Positions 21,317-30,269 are shown, counted from the first letter of the stretch. The stretch is DNA of 64,000 nt from Dehalococcoidia bacterium (GCA_034422455.1 DAOUJQ010000023.1:108290-172289), one strand, 5' to 3'. The notes: generated by a model not told the origin, from the sequence alone. Numbers and translations are program-made.

Positions 21317-22825
21317 ATGCTCCTGGATACGGTTCGCGTCGGACTGGCGTCGGTCGCGGCCGCGACGCTCTTGGCGGCGGGCTGCGTCGCCCCGCCGACG
21401 CCGACGCCCGTTCCCGTCCCCTCGCCGGACCCCACGGCGACTGCAAGACCCGCCCCAACTCCGGCGGCAACCCTTCCCGCATCGCCAACGCCGCCGTCCT
21501 CGCCGGCTCCTGACCCAACGGCCGCGTCGACGCCCACGCCAACAGCTATGCCGATACCAAAACCCACGGCCACGCCAACAGCTACGGCCACGCCGACGCC
21601 CATGCCAAAACCAACCGCCACGCCAACGCCAACCCTCACTCCTGAGCAAGCCGCCCATGCCGCGCTGTCCCAGTTGCTCCCGTGGTACAGCGATCCGCCT
21701 TACCCGGGCGCCGTGATACCGATCCTCGAAGTTTGGCTCAGAGACCCTGATCTGGGACGTGATCTGGCGCAGGCCCTTTGGGTCACCGACGGCATCAATC
21801 GACTGGAGGATGATGCGATCTATGGGCTGGGCCTCGTTTACGACCATGATCCTGCCCTGGCGCGCCGGTTGCTTGCGTACGCGTCTGAGGAACCGGTGCA
21901 GTCCAGAAACACCATGTTCCTGGGCAGTCTGAACGGAATGATCAGGGGCGACAGGGATAAGTTTGAGCAACTCATCGCCCGGCCCTGGTTTGCGGACGGA
22001 CTCGACGCGGAGGAGCGCGCCTTCATCACGGCCGTCAGCAAGGTCACGGGTTTAGACGCGCTGTACGAGGGCCTGCTCACCTCGCCGCGCATCACGCGGT
22101 CTGAGACCATTTCGCTGCCCCTGGCCGGCGAGGTCAATCTCTGGGTGTTTTACACCGATTCGCCACCGCCGAATGAGAACATTCTGGCGACGATAGAGAG
22201 GGGCGTACGGGGCGCCGAGGGGATCATAGGAGCGCCGTTCCCACTGACGGACCTCATTGTCCTGTCAGCCAATGTCGAGGAGTACGACATCGGGTACGGT
22301 GGTGTGAATTGGGTTGATTCCCTGGTCCTGCTTAGAGAAAAGGGTCTGTCTCTAGGTGAGAGCATCCTCTACCATGAGATCGCTCACTTCTATCTGACCG
22401 CCGAAATCGGGCCCTTCTGGCTTTATGAGGGCGGGGCCAATTTCGTCGCCGAGTACATCAAAGCGCAGCATGAACGAAATGGTGAGCTACGGTTGAACGA
22501 GCACGCTCTGCAATACTGCCGGGATCAGGAAGTGCCCAATCTCCACGCGCTGAACGACCCCAACCACCCGCATCCCGTGGGCCAACAAACTTGCGGCTAT
22601 TCGCTCGGCCTGTACTTCCTGACCAGTCTGTTCAACACCATCGGGGAAGCTGCCTTCTCATCGGCAATCCGGGAACTGTATGAGTTGTACCTGGACTATG
22701 AGTACTACGCAACTGATGAACAGGTCTACCGCATATTCCTGAAGCACACTCCGGCGGATCGGGAAGAGGCGTTCCTGAACGTGTACCGGCGGCTCCACGG
22801 CGGGCCTTTCCTCGACGAGAGTTGA
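21317..22825 (+). CDS. Lipoprotein with Pro/Thr linker and C-terminal gluzincin (clan MA) metallopeptidase domain
   Basis: Lipobox LAAGC, PT-rich stretch, HEIAH followed by WLYEG. Confidence 0.75.
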   Translation: MLLDTVRVGLASVAAATLLAAGCVAPPTPTPVPVPSPDPTATARPAPTPAATLPASPTPPSSPAPDPTAASTPTPTAMPIPKPTATPTATATPTPMPKPTATPTPTLTPEQAAHAALSQLLPWYSDPPYPGAVIPILEVWLRDPDLGRDLAQALWVTDGINRLEDDAIYGLGLVYDHDPALARRLLAYASEEPVQSRNTMFLGSLNGMIRGDRDKFEQLIARPWFADGLDAEERAFITAVSKVTGLDALYEGLLTSPRITRSETISLPLAGEVNLWVFYTDSPPPNENILATIERGVRGAEGIIGAPFPLTDLIVLSANVEEYDIGYGGVNWVDSLVLLREKGLSLGESILYHEIAHFYLTAEIGPFWLYEGGANFVAEYIKAQHERNGELRLNEHALQYCRDQEVPNLHALNDPNHPHPVGQQTCGYSLGLYFLTSLFNTIGEAAFSSAIRELYELYLDYEYYATDEQVYRIFLKHTPADREEAFLNVYRRLHGGPFLDES

Positions 22826-22984
22826 GGGCCGGGGGAGAGACCGCCGGTCCGCGCCGGGGCCCTCAGCGATTCCAGCAGCCGCATACAGGCCGCACCCTGC
22901 CACGACCGCCTTGCGCGGGCCGTCGCGCGGAAATCACACTTGCCGTCACACCCATTGGGAATTCTGTGATGGAGGTCGACTGCC

Positions 22985-24307
22985 GTGACACCTACTCTTC
23001 CCCAACAGTTGGAGCAACGAGACGCAGCCCGCATGCGGGCGTACCAGGAGAACCTCGCCTTCTACTCGGGCGCGCACTGGCCCGGGTCGCCCCGGCGCCG
23101 GGAGCGGCGGCTCACGTTCAACTACGTGCGCACGTTCGTGCACAAGCTCACCGCCGCGCTCATGGCCGGGCTGCACGTGGCCGTCGAGCCGGCGGACGAC
23201 TCGGCCGAGGCCGAGGCACGCGCGGCAGTGGCCCGCCGGGTCCTGCTGACCGCGTCCGAGGCCAATGACCTCGAGGAACTGGACTTTGAGACGGAGCTGG
23301 ACGCCGCCATCCTCGGCGACGGCTGCTACAAGGTCACTTGGGAATCGGACGGAGTCGCCGCCGCGCCCTGCGTCCGCGTGTCGGCGCCGGACGTGCAGGG
23401 CCTCCATGCCTGGTGGGTCGGCGATGACGTCACGCAGGTGTGGCGCGTCGCTAGCCGCTACAGGCTGACGGCCGAGGAGGCAGATCTGCTGTACGGGTTT
23501 ACCCCCTCCGGAAGCGAGGCCGTGGTTGTCGAGGCATGGACGCGGGAGACGTTCAGCCTCTGGGCGGACAACGGCCTGCTTGACGAGCGGCCCAACCCCT
23601 ACGGCTTCATCCCCTTCGTCGTGTTTCCCAACCTGCGGGAGCCCAAGCAGTTCTGGGGGTCGGCCGACGTGCCTGTCCTGATGGAGCCGCAACGGGAGAT
23701 CAACCGGGCGTTTTCCCAGCTCTCCACCATCCTGGAGCTCTCCGGCAACCCCATCGCCGTGCTGGAGGGCGTCGAGGAGGCGCAGGACATCGCCGTGCAG
23801 CCGGGGGCCGTGTGGGAGGTCCCGGAGCGCGCCCGCGCCTACCTGCTTGACCTGCTGCAGGGCGGCGGCGTCCGCCTGCACACGGAGTACATCGAGCTGC
23901 TCTACCGCGTGCTGCACGACCTCTCCGAGACCCCGCGGACTGCCTTTGGCGACAGCGGCCGGGACCTGTCCGGCGTTGCACTCGAGATGGAGCTCTATCC
24001 GATGGTGCAACGCGTGGCGCGCAAGCGCCTGCTCCGCAACTCCGTCTACCGGCAGCGTGCCGAGATGATGCTGCGAGTCCATCAACAGCGCACGGGGGAG
24101 ACCTGCATGCCGGTGCGCCTGCGCACCACGTGGGGCACGGCGCTCCCGCAGGACAGGGACCGGCTGGTGCAGCAGGAAGAGCGCCTGGTCAACGCGGGAC
24201 TGCAGAGCAGGCAGCGGGCGATGGCCAACCTGGGCGTTGCAGACCCCGAGGGCGAACTGACGCGCATTGGGGAGGAAGAGCGTTCACCGACGGGAACGAA
24301 GGAGTGA
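22985..24307 (+). CDS. Phage portal protein (SPP1 gp6-like)
   Basis: AFYSG..W, LTFNYVRTFVHKL, AAILGDGCYKV, NPYGFIPFVVFPN...FWGSAD and EINRAFS motifs; GTG start with GGAGG RBS. Confidence 0.85.
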   Translation: MTPTLPQQLEQRDAARMRAYQENLAFYSGAHWPGSPRRRERRLTFNYVRTFVHKLTAALMAGLHVAVEPADDSAEAEARAAVARRVLLTASEANDLEELDFETELDAAILGDGCYKVTWESDGVAAAPCVRVSAPDVQGLHAWWVGDDVTQVWRVASRYRLTAEEADLLYGFTPSGSEAVVVEAWTRETFSLWADNGLLDERPNPYGFIPFVVFPNLREPKQFWGSADVPVLMEPQREINRAFSQLSTILELSGNPIAVLEGVEEAQDIAVQPGAVWEVPERARAYLLDLLQGGGVRLHTEYIELLYRVLHDLSETPRTAFGDSGRDLSGVALEMELYPMVQRVARKRLLRNSVYRQRAEMMLRVHQQRTGETCMPVRLRTTWGTALPQDRDRLVQQEERLVNAGLQSRQRAMANLGVADPEGELTRIGEEERSPTGTKE

Positions 24308-24389
24308 CGCCCGTGCCCTGGGTACAGGGCACAGTCCCATCCGGCAAGAGCCCAAAGCCCGGAAGCAAAGGCGGCGGCGCCCGGTGCTC

Positions 24390-24734
24390 CTAGGTGGCGG
24401 CCGCTGCCCGCATGGCCTCGATCAGCGCCTTGGGACGCCGGCCCCTGCGCTTGATGATGCCCGCAACCTGGAGCGCCCGCAGCCCGTCCTCGACGGACAT
24501 CGCGGGGTGGGTCTCAATGTCGAAAACGTCCGTCCAGGGGTAGTTCGCCGCCAGCACGGGGCCGACGCTTTCGGCCTCGACAATGCTGATGACCTGGGGT
24601 GACCCTTGTATCCAGTACTCGGCCACCAGCTCCAGCCCGTTGGGCACACGCCACCGGGCCCTGCGCTGAGAGGCCTGGTCAATCTGTTGACGGGTCAAGT
24701 GCGGCTTGAGTGTCATTAGATTGACAAATAACAT
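24390..24734 (-). CDS. DUF3303-like small protein with basic C-terminal KRRGRRPK tail
   Basis: MLFVNL...LVAEYW...ISIVEAES...PWTDVFDIETHPAMSVEDGL pattern; strong GGAGGAGG RBS. Confidence 0.7.
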   Translation of the reverse strand: MLFVNLMTLKPHLTRQQIDQASQRRARWRVPNGLELVAEYWIQGSPQVISIVEAESVGPVLAANYPWTDVFDIETHPAMSVEDGLRALQVAGIIKRRGRRPKALIEAMRAAAAT

Positions 24735-24934
24735 GCGTCCTCCTCCTGCTCCCCACTCATCTATCCGCAATCAATTGAGAGATTTGATTGTGTGTCACGC
24801 CCACATACCCCATATTGAGAAGGTAACAATACACCATTTTTGGCATAGAGTCGATACGTCGAATACGCCCCTCCGCGTAAGTGTCACTCCTATTTGCTGG
24901 ATTGCATGGTGGGTAGGAGAGCGTGTAGGGCGCA

Positions 24935-24977
24935 GAACAAAGGAACTCCGGCAAGAGCCGCCGGAGTTCCTTTGTTC
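24935..24977. terminator. Perfect 18-bp hairpin, terminator-like on both strands
   Basis: GAACAAAGGAACTCCGGC-aagagcc-GCCGGAGTTCCTTTGTTC, about 50 nt past the stop of the minus-strand gene at 25030. Confidence 0.75.
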
Positions 24978-25029
24978 GAGTTGCGCAATTGAGACTCGCC
25001 TGTAGTTGAAAACCGCGAATTCTGGCAAC

Positions 25030-25485
25030 TTATTGAGACTGTTGCAGTCCCAGCATGATCTTCTGCTGAGGCGTCAGGCCCGCCGGGTCCATGGCGCGGC
25101 GGGCGGGCGCCCCTGCGGGAACACGCTGCTGCGCGGCCTGCTCCGCGGCCCTGAGGCGCAGCGTTTCCACCAGCCCGGACGCCCGGGTGTAGGACGCCTC
25201 GATCTCTGCGATGGTGTTCCCCTCCACCATGTCCGGCGGCACGTCCGGGTCCTTCGACAACAGAAGTTCCCGGTAGCGCTGCAGCGCTTCCGCGAGCTGC
25301 GTCCGCAGGGCGTCCGCGGCGGCGCCGTTCGCTGCCGCCTCGGCTCTCGCATCGTCCGCCTGCCGCTGCAGGTCCTCCATGCGCTCATCCGGCGCGGGGT
25401 CATCGATGGCCTCACCCTCATCCACCGCCATGGTCTCCTCAGTCTGCAGGGTCTCCTCTTCCGCGTTGACGTCTTCCGGGTCCAT
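25030..25485 (-). CDS. Probable phage capsid scaffolding-like protein (acidic coiled coil)
   Basis: Acidic N-terminus, coiled coil, YRELLL...P.VP.DMV.G.TI.EI.AS and C-terminal VPAGAPARR...LTPQQKI. Resembles, from memory, the gene preceding major capsid genes in Dehalococcoidia. GGAGG RBS. Confidence 0.6.
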   Translation of the reverse strand: MDPEDVNAEEETLQTEETMAVDEGEAIDDPAPDERMEDLQRQADDARAEAAANGAAADALRTQLAEALQRYRELLLSKDPDVPPDMVEGNTIAEIEASYTRASGLVETLRLRAAEQAAQQRVPAGAPARRAMDPAGLTPQQKIMLGLQQSQ

Positions 25486-25624
25486 GTTTCCTCCTTGCCG
25501 TGTGTTGTGAGGCAGCGTACCGCCTGGGGGACCCTCACGCGCAAGGCGCACGTGTCAGGGTGTTGCGCCCCCTACGCGCGCTCAGATAGAATCAACCAAT
25601 TCCCCGGTCAGGAGGTATGTCCCT

Positions 25625-27628
25625 ATGGGTCCCTTTACCACGGAACAGCTGCGCAACGTGGTCCTGCTCTCCCATAGCGGAGCCGGCAAGACCTCTTTGG
25701 CAGAGGCGATGCTGCTGACGTCCGGCTCCATCACCCGGCTGGGCAAGACGGAGGACGGCACCACCACCGGCGACTACGAGCCCGAGGCCATCAAGCGGAC
25801 CAGCAGCACGCAACTCTCCGTCCTTCCCTGCGCGTGGAAGGGCCAAAAGGTCACGTTGCTCGACAGCCCCGGATATTTCGACTTCATCGGTGATGCACTG
25901 TCGTCCCTGCGGGTGGCCGACGCCGCGGTGCTCGTCGTCGCGGCGGGCGCCGGCGTCGAGGTCGGCACCGAGCAGATGTGGCGCGCGCTGCGCCGGCACG
26001 GCCTCCCGTGCGTCATCGTGGTCAACAAGCTGGACCGCGACAACACGGACTTCATGGCGACGGTTGAGGACCTCCGCAACAACTTGGGCCGCGAGTGCTT
26101 CGCGCTGCAGGTGCCCGTGGGCGAGGCGGCCGGCTTCAAGGGCGTCGTCCCCATCCTCCCGGCCCCCTCGGAAGTGCCTGCCGAGGCGCAGGACGCCTAC
26201 GAGCTGGCCCGCGAGTCCCTCGTGGAGTCCGTCGCGGAGACCGACGACGACCTGGCCACCAAGTGGCTGGAAGAGGGGACGCTGACCGACGAGGAGATGC
26301 TGGAGCCGCTGCGGCGCGCGGTCATCGAGGGCACCGCCGTGCCGGTCCTGGCCGCCTCCGCGACCCACAACGTGGGCGCGGCGGAGGTGCTGGACGCGCT
26401 GCTCGCCCTGGCCCCGTCGCCGTTGGAGGGCGAGAACCCCGTCGACCCGAGCGGCCCGCTGGCGGCGCTGGCCTTCAAGACCTCCGCCGACCCCTACGTC
26501 GGCAAGCTGACATTCCTGAAGGTCTACAGCGGCACGTTGAACAGCAACACGGAGGTCTACAACTCCCTGAAGGAGCGCTCGGAGCGGCTGGGGCAGCTCT
26601 TCGTGCCCATGGGCAAGAGCCAGGAGCAGGTGGCAACGCTGGTGGCCGGCGAGATCGGGGCCGTTGGCCGGTTGGTCGAGACCACCACGGGCGACACCCT
26701 CTCCACCAAGGACTCAGGCGCCAGGATGGTGGGCATCGACTTCCCCGCCCCCATCTACACCATGGCCGTCTACCCGGCGACCAAGGGCGACACCGACAAG
26801 ATGGGTTCCGCCCTCAGCCGGTTGTCGGAGGAGGACCCCAGCCTGCACTTTGTCCGCGACCAGAGCACCAGCGAGTCCCTGCTGTCCGGCATGGGCGACG
26901 CGCACCTGGACGTGATGGTGCAGCGCGCGCAGCGGAAGTTCGGCGTCAACCTGCTGCTTCAGACCCCCAAGGTCCCCTACCGCGAGACCATCGGCGGCAC
27001 CACCAGGGTGGAGCACCGGCACAAGCAGCAGTCCGGCGGCCACGGCCACTTCGCCCACATCCTGCTGCGCGTGGAGCCCACCGGAGGCGCGTCCGAGGGC
27101 GAGTTCGCCACGGAGGTCGTCGGTGGCGCCGTGCCCAAGGAGTTCATCCCCGCGGTCGAGAAGGGTGTCCGCAGGGCGTGGGCCGAGGGCATCGTCGCGG
27201 GCTTCCCCGTCGTCGACACCAAGGCAGTCCTCTACGACGGCAGCTACCACCCCGTCGACTCGGCCAGCATGGACTTCGAGACCTGCGGCTACTTCGCGAT
27301 GAAGAAGGCCTTCGCCGAGGGCTCGCCGCAGCTCCTGGAGCCCATCATGCTCCTGCGCGTCAATACGCCGGACTCCTACACGGGCGAGATCATCGGCGAC
27401 CTGAACAGCAAGCGGGGGCGCATCCTCGGCATGATCCCGCAGGAAGACGGCGCCACGGTGGTCGAGGCCAACGTGCCCCTGCCGGAGGTGCAGCGGTACG
27501 CCCTGGACCTGCGCTCCCTGACGCAGGGCCGTGCCACCTTCACCATGGAGGTGGACCACTACGAGCCCCTGCCCTCGAACCTGGCGCAAAAGGTCGTGGA
27601 GCAGTACAAGGCAGGCGCCGGCGCGTAG
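25625..27628 (+). CDS. fusA2: Elongation factor G-like protein (EF-G2)
   Basis: Divergent G1 SHSGAGKT, DSPGYFDF, NKLD, KQQSGGHGHF and YHPVDS motifs. Confidence 0.93.
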   Translation: MGPFTTEQLRNVVLLSHSGAGKTSLAEAMLLTSGSITRLGKTEDGTTTGDYEPEAIKRTSSTQLSVLPCAWKGQKVTLLDSPGYFDFIGDALSSLRVADAAVLVVAAGAGVEVGTEQMWRALRRHGLPCVIVVNKLDRDNTDFMATVEDLRNNLGRECFALQVPVGEAAGFKGVVPILPAPSEVPAEAQDAYELARESLVESVAETDDDLATKWLEEGTLTDEEMLEPLRRAVIEGTAVPVLAASATHNVGAAEVLDALLALAPSPLEGENPVDPSGPLAALAFKTSADPYVGKLTFLKVYSGTLNSNTEVYNSLKERSERLGQLFVPMGKSQEQVATLVAGEIGAVGRLVETTTGDTLSTKDSGARMVGIDFPAPIYTMAVYPATKGDTDKMGSALSRLSEEDPSLHFVRDQSTSESLLSGMGDAHLDVMVQRAQRKFGVNLLLQTPKVPYRETIGGTTRVEHRHKQQSGGHGHFAHILLRVEPTGGASEGEFATEVVGGAVPKEFIPAVEKGVRRAWAEGIVAGFPVVDTKAVLYDGSYHPVDSASMDFETCGYFAMKKAFAEGSPQLLEPIMLLRVNTPDSYTGEIIGDLNSKRGRILGMIPQEDGATVVEANVPLPEVQRYALDLRSLTQGRATFTMEVDHYEPLPSNLAQKVVEQYKAGAGA

Positions 27629-27716
27629 GGAGAGTCTCGCGCAGTCCGCGGCCGCAAACGCGTGGGCAAGGAACCAGTCTGTGCCGTGTAACGTTCTGGA
27701 TTTGGGAGGTGGAGAT

Positions 27717-28037
27717 ATGCTTCGCGAGAGCTTTGCCATGCTCCATTATTCAGAGAGGGTCGTGACAGAGGTGCTGATCCTCACCGCTGAGTTCGATCAA
27801 GAGGGGGATCAGTGGACTGGTGAGTGTCTTGAATTGGGCACAGCCACGTGTGCGGATACCCTTGAGGATGTCCGCAAGGAGCTCTACGAACTTGTCGACA
27901 TGCACGTCAATGGCGTCGACAAGATGGGCTTCATTGAAGAGTTCTTGAGCGAACGCGGCGTCAAACCCCTGCCTGTCGCAGATGTCGGCCAGGAATATGC
28001 CGCAAACACCTACGTGACGGTAGGAGCCCCTCTCTAG
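27717..28037 (+). CDS. hicB: HicB-like antitoxin without an obvious DNA-binding domain
   Basis: WTGECLELGTATCADTLEDVRKEL fits the HicB RNase-H-like core; lower GC; start uncertain (27717, 27738 or 27762). Confidence 0.7.
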   Translation: MLRESFAMLHYSERVVTEVLILTAEFDQEGDQWTGECLELGTATCADTLEDVRKELYELVDMHVNGVDKMGFIEEFLSERGVKPLPVADVGQEYAANTYVTVGAPL

Positions 28038-28040
28038 CCC

Positions 28041-28292
28041 ATGCCGATCGCAATTTCCGGCAAGGCCTTGGTAGAGCTATTGCTCAAGGATGGCTGGCAA
28101 ATAGAGCGACGGACCAACCATGGACTCCTCATGTGGAAGATGTTTCCCGGAGAATCCACTCGCCGAACCACCATCGTCCCGGACAAGTCAAAAGATCTTG
28201 CCGACAAGATTCTGGGTGTGATTCTCGGCGTCAAGCAGACGCGAATCGGACGCCAGGGCCTGCAGGAACTCATCGACCGCTATGGCAAATAG
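28041..28292 (+). CDS. hicA: HicA-family toxin (dsRBD-like mRNA interferase)
   Basis: SGKALVELLLKDGWQIERRTNHG...TTIVP...ILGVIL pattern. Confidence 0.7.
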   Translation: MPIAISGKALVELLLKDGWQIERRTNHGLLMWKMFPGESTRRTTIVPDKSKDLADKILGVILGVKQTRIGRQGLQELIDRYGK

Positions 28293-28297
28293 CCCCT

Positions 28298-28732
28298 CTA
28301 CACCCGCGACCACACGGTGTAGTAATTCTCGCCGCGAATGACCGCGACCATCTCCTGGCGCTCCAGCCTGTAGAGCTCCTCGAGGGCCTGGGCGCACTCC
28401 TCCGGCAGTGGCGGGTGGCCGGAGTCCTCGGCGCGGCGGAGCAGCGCCCCGTAGATGCCGAGGCTCTCAAAGGTGCCGACGCTCTTGCTCCACGGAAACA
28501 TGGTCACGTTGGTGGGGCGGGGCAGGCTCGGCCGCTGCCTGCGGATGTACCGCAGCCGGTCTTCCGGCCCGCGCGACTGGGGCGCGATGCGGATGATGGG
28601 CGGCTCCTCGTGGTGCGGGCGCAGGTCGACCACGAGGCTTTTGCGAAACATCGTGAACAGGATGGAGATGACGTCCGCTTCCCTGATGCTCTCGAGGACG
28701 CGGTCCAACTCTCCCTGCAGGTCATCTTCCAA
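28298..28732 (-). CDS. Conserved hypothetical protein (Chloroflexota-type)
   Basis: TTG start after AAGGAG, host-like codon use, C-terminal I.GENYYTVWSR. Confidence 0.65.
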   Translation of the reverse strand: MEDDLQGELDRVLESIREADVISILFTMFRKSLVVDLRPHHEEPPIIRIAPQSRGPEDRLRYIRRQRPSLPRPTNVTMFPWSKSVGTFESLGIYGALLRRAEDSGHPPLPEECAQALEELYRLERQEMVAVIRGENYYTVWSRV

Positions 28733-28949
28733 GGCCGCGCTCCTTCGTGACGCTTCCGGGCGGCGGGGGCTCGCGGTGAGGTGAACGACGGAAACCCGAT
28801 CGGGCGTGCCCGCCACCGTCCATGGCGGGCGCAATGCGCTCAAAGACGGTATAGCGGGCAAGGCCAATCTAGCACGGGCCTATGGGGGTGTCAAACTGCT
28901 GCAGACGGGGTTCCGTGCTTTCCACCGCGCCCGACACGATAATGGAAAC

Positions 28950-30269
28950 ATGAGAGACCTGGGCATCCACAGGCGGCTTCATGCGCTATCGACAACCCTG
29001 CACGTTCCCGCGCTACGACGGGCGGCCGGGGTTGCGCTGCTCCTTCTGCTGCTGGTTGCCGCGCTGAACGCGGACACCGTCCGGTGGACGCCAACGGAAG
29101 AGGCCATCGCCCGCGACCGGTTCGGCCTGGTGGAGTGGATGGGCCTGAACCTCCTCGAGGGCGGCCTGGACTCCGTCGTGGGACTCTTTCCCGGCGGCGT
29201 CCCGTTCGAAAGCGAGCGCCGGGCCGCGGTCGAGCGGTACTTCGAGCTCGGCGGCAGGGTGCGGCAGATCGAGGGGTTCCTCGCGTTGGCCGTGGCCCGC
29301 GACGGGGCCGGTGCCAACCCGGAGGCCGACGCGATCCAGCAGGAGCTCACAGCCCTGCGCCGGGAACGGGACTCGTTGAGCGACATCGTTGAGTGGACCA
29401 TAGGGAGGGCGGTGTCGGACGTCCTGCGGGAAGAGGGCCTCGAACGCGACTGGGGCCCCGTTGATCCCCTCTTTCCGCCGGTGTCCTTCAAGATCACCCG
29501 CGTGCCCAAGCTCATCGTCGTGTCGCCGCGCGACCGCATCCGCAATGAGGAGTCCCGGCTGCTGGAGCCGGACATCACCGTGGCGCGCATGGAGGAGCTG
29601 GAGGAGCTGGTTGGCCCGGACCAGGGCAAGTCGGCCATCGTGACGCGCATCGGTGGTGTGGCCACCTTCCCGGCGTTGGTGTCGGACTCGCAGTCTTTCC
29701 GGTCGGCGGTGCAGACCATCGCCCACGAGTGGCTGCACCACTACTGGTTCTTCCACCCGCTCGGCCAGGGCTACTACGACTCGCCGGAGATGGCGTCGCT
29801 GAACGAGACGGCCGCGGACCTTGCGGGCGACGAGATCGGCGACCTGGCGCTCGTGGCCCTGGGCGAGCAGCCTCCGCCGCCCAGGACGGCTCCCCCGCCG
29901 TCGTCGGGAGCCGCGCCGGAGCCGCCCCGCTTCGAGTTCGCGAAGGAGATGCGCGAGACCCGCCTCCGCACCGACGAGCTTCTGGCAGAGGGCAAGGTGG
30001 ACGAAGCCGAGGCCTACATGGAGGAGCGCCGCCTGCTCTTCGTCGAAAACGGCTATCCCATTCGCGCGATCAACCAGGCCTACTTCGCCTTTCACGGCAC
30101 CTACGCCGAGAGCCCGGCGTCGTCGAGTCCCATCGGCGGGCAGGTACGCCGCTTCCGCGAGCACGTTGACAGCGTCGGCGACTTTGTCCGCCGAATCCGG
30201 GAGTTCGCGACCTACCGGGAGTTCGTGGACTACCTGGACGCGCTGCCGGAGGCCGAGAGCGCGCCGTAG
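28950..30269 (+). CDS. Membrane-anchored hypothetical protein with gluzincin-like HEWLH...NE motif
   Basis: N-terminal hydrophobic segment; AHEWLHHY followed 22 aa later by NE; RAINQAYFAFHGTYA. Confidence 0.7.
   Translation: MRDLGIHRRLHALSTTLHVPALRRAAGVALLLLLLVAALNADTVRWTPTEEAIARDRFGLVEWMGLNLLEGGLDSVVGLFPGGVPFESERRAAVERYFELGGRVRQIEGFLALAVARDGAGANPEADAIQQELTALRRERDSLSDIVEWTIGRAVSDVLREEGLERDWGPVDPLFPPVSFKITRVPKLIVVSPRDRIRNEESRLLEPDITVARMEELEELVGPDQGKSAIVTRIGGVATFPALVSDSQSFRSAVQTIAHEWLHHYWFFHPLGQGYYDSPEMASLNETAADLAGDEIGDLALVALGEQPPPPRTAPPPSSGAAPEPPRFEFAKEMRETRLRTDELLAEGKVDEAEAYMEERRLLFVENGYPIRAINQAYFAFHGTYAESPASSSPIGGQVRRFREHVDSVGDFVRRIREFATYREFVDYLDALPEAESAP

Noticed and set aside
21394-21650. 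Tandem DNA repeat
   Set aside because: Low-complexity Pro/Thr/Ala linker codons, not an exact DNA repeat.
24774-25038. CRISPR array
   Set aside because: Repeats are only 7-9 nt, spacing is irregular, and there are no cas genes.
22985-25485. Intact prophage
   Set aside because: No integrase, att pair, terminase, capsid, tail or lysis gene, and the two head genes are on opposite strands; reported instead as a domesticated-module candidate.
25625-27628. Unusual EF-G with altered G1 motif
   Set aside because: Matches the known EF-G2 subfamily; not novel.
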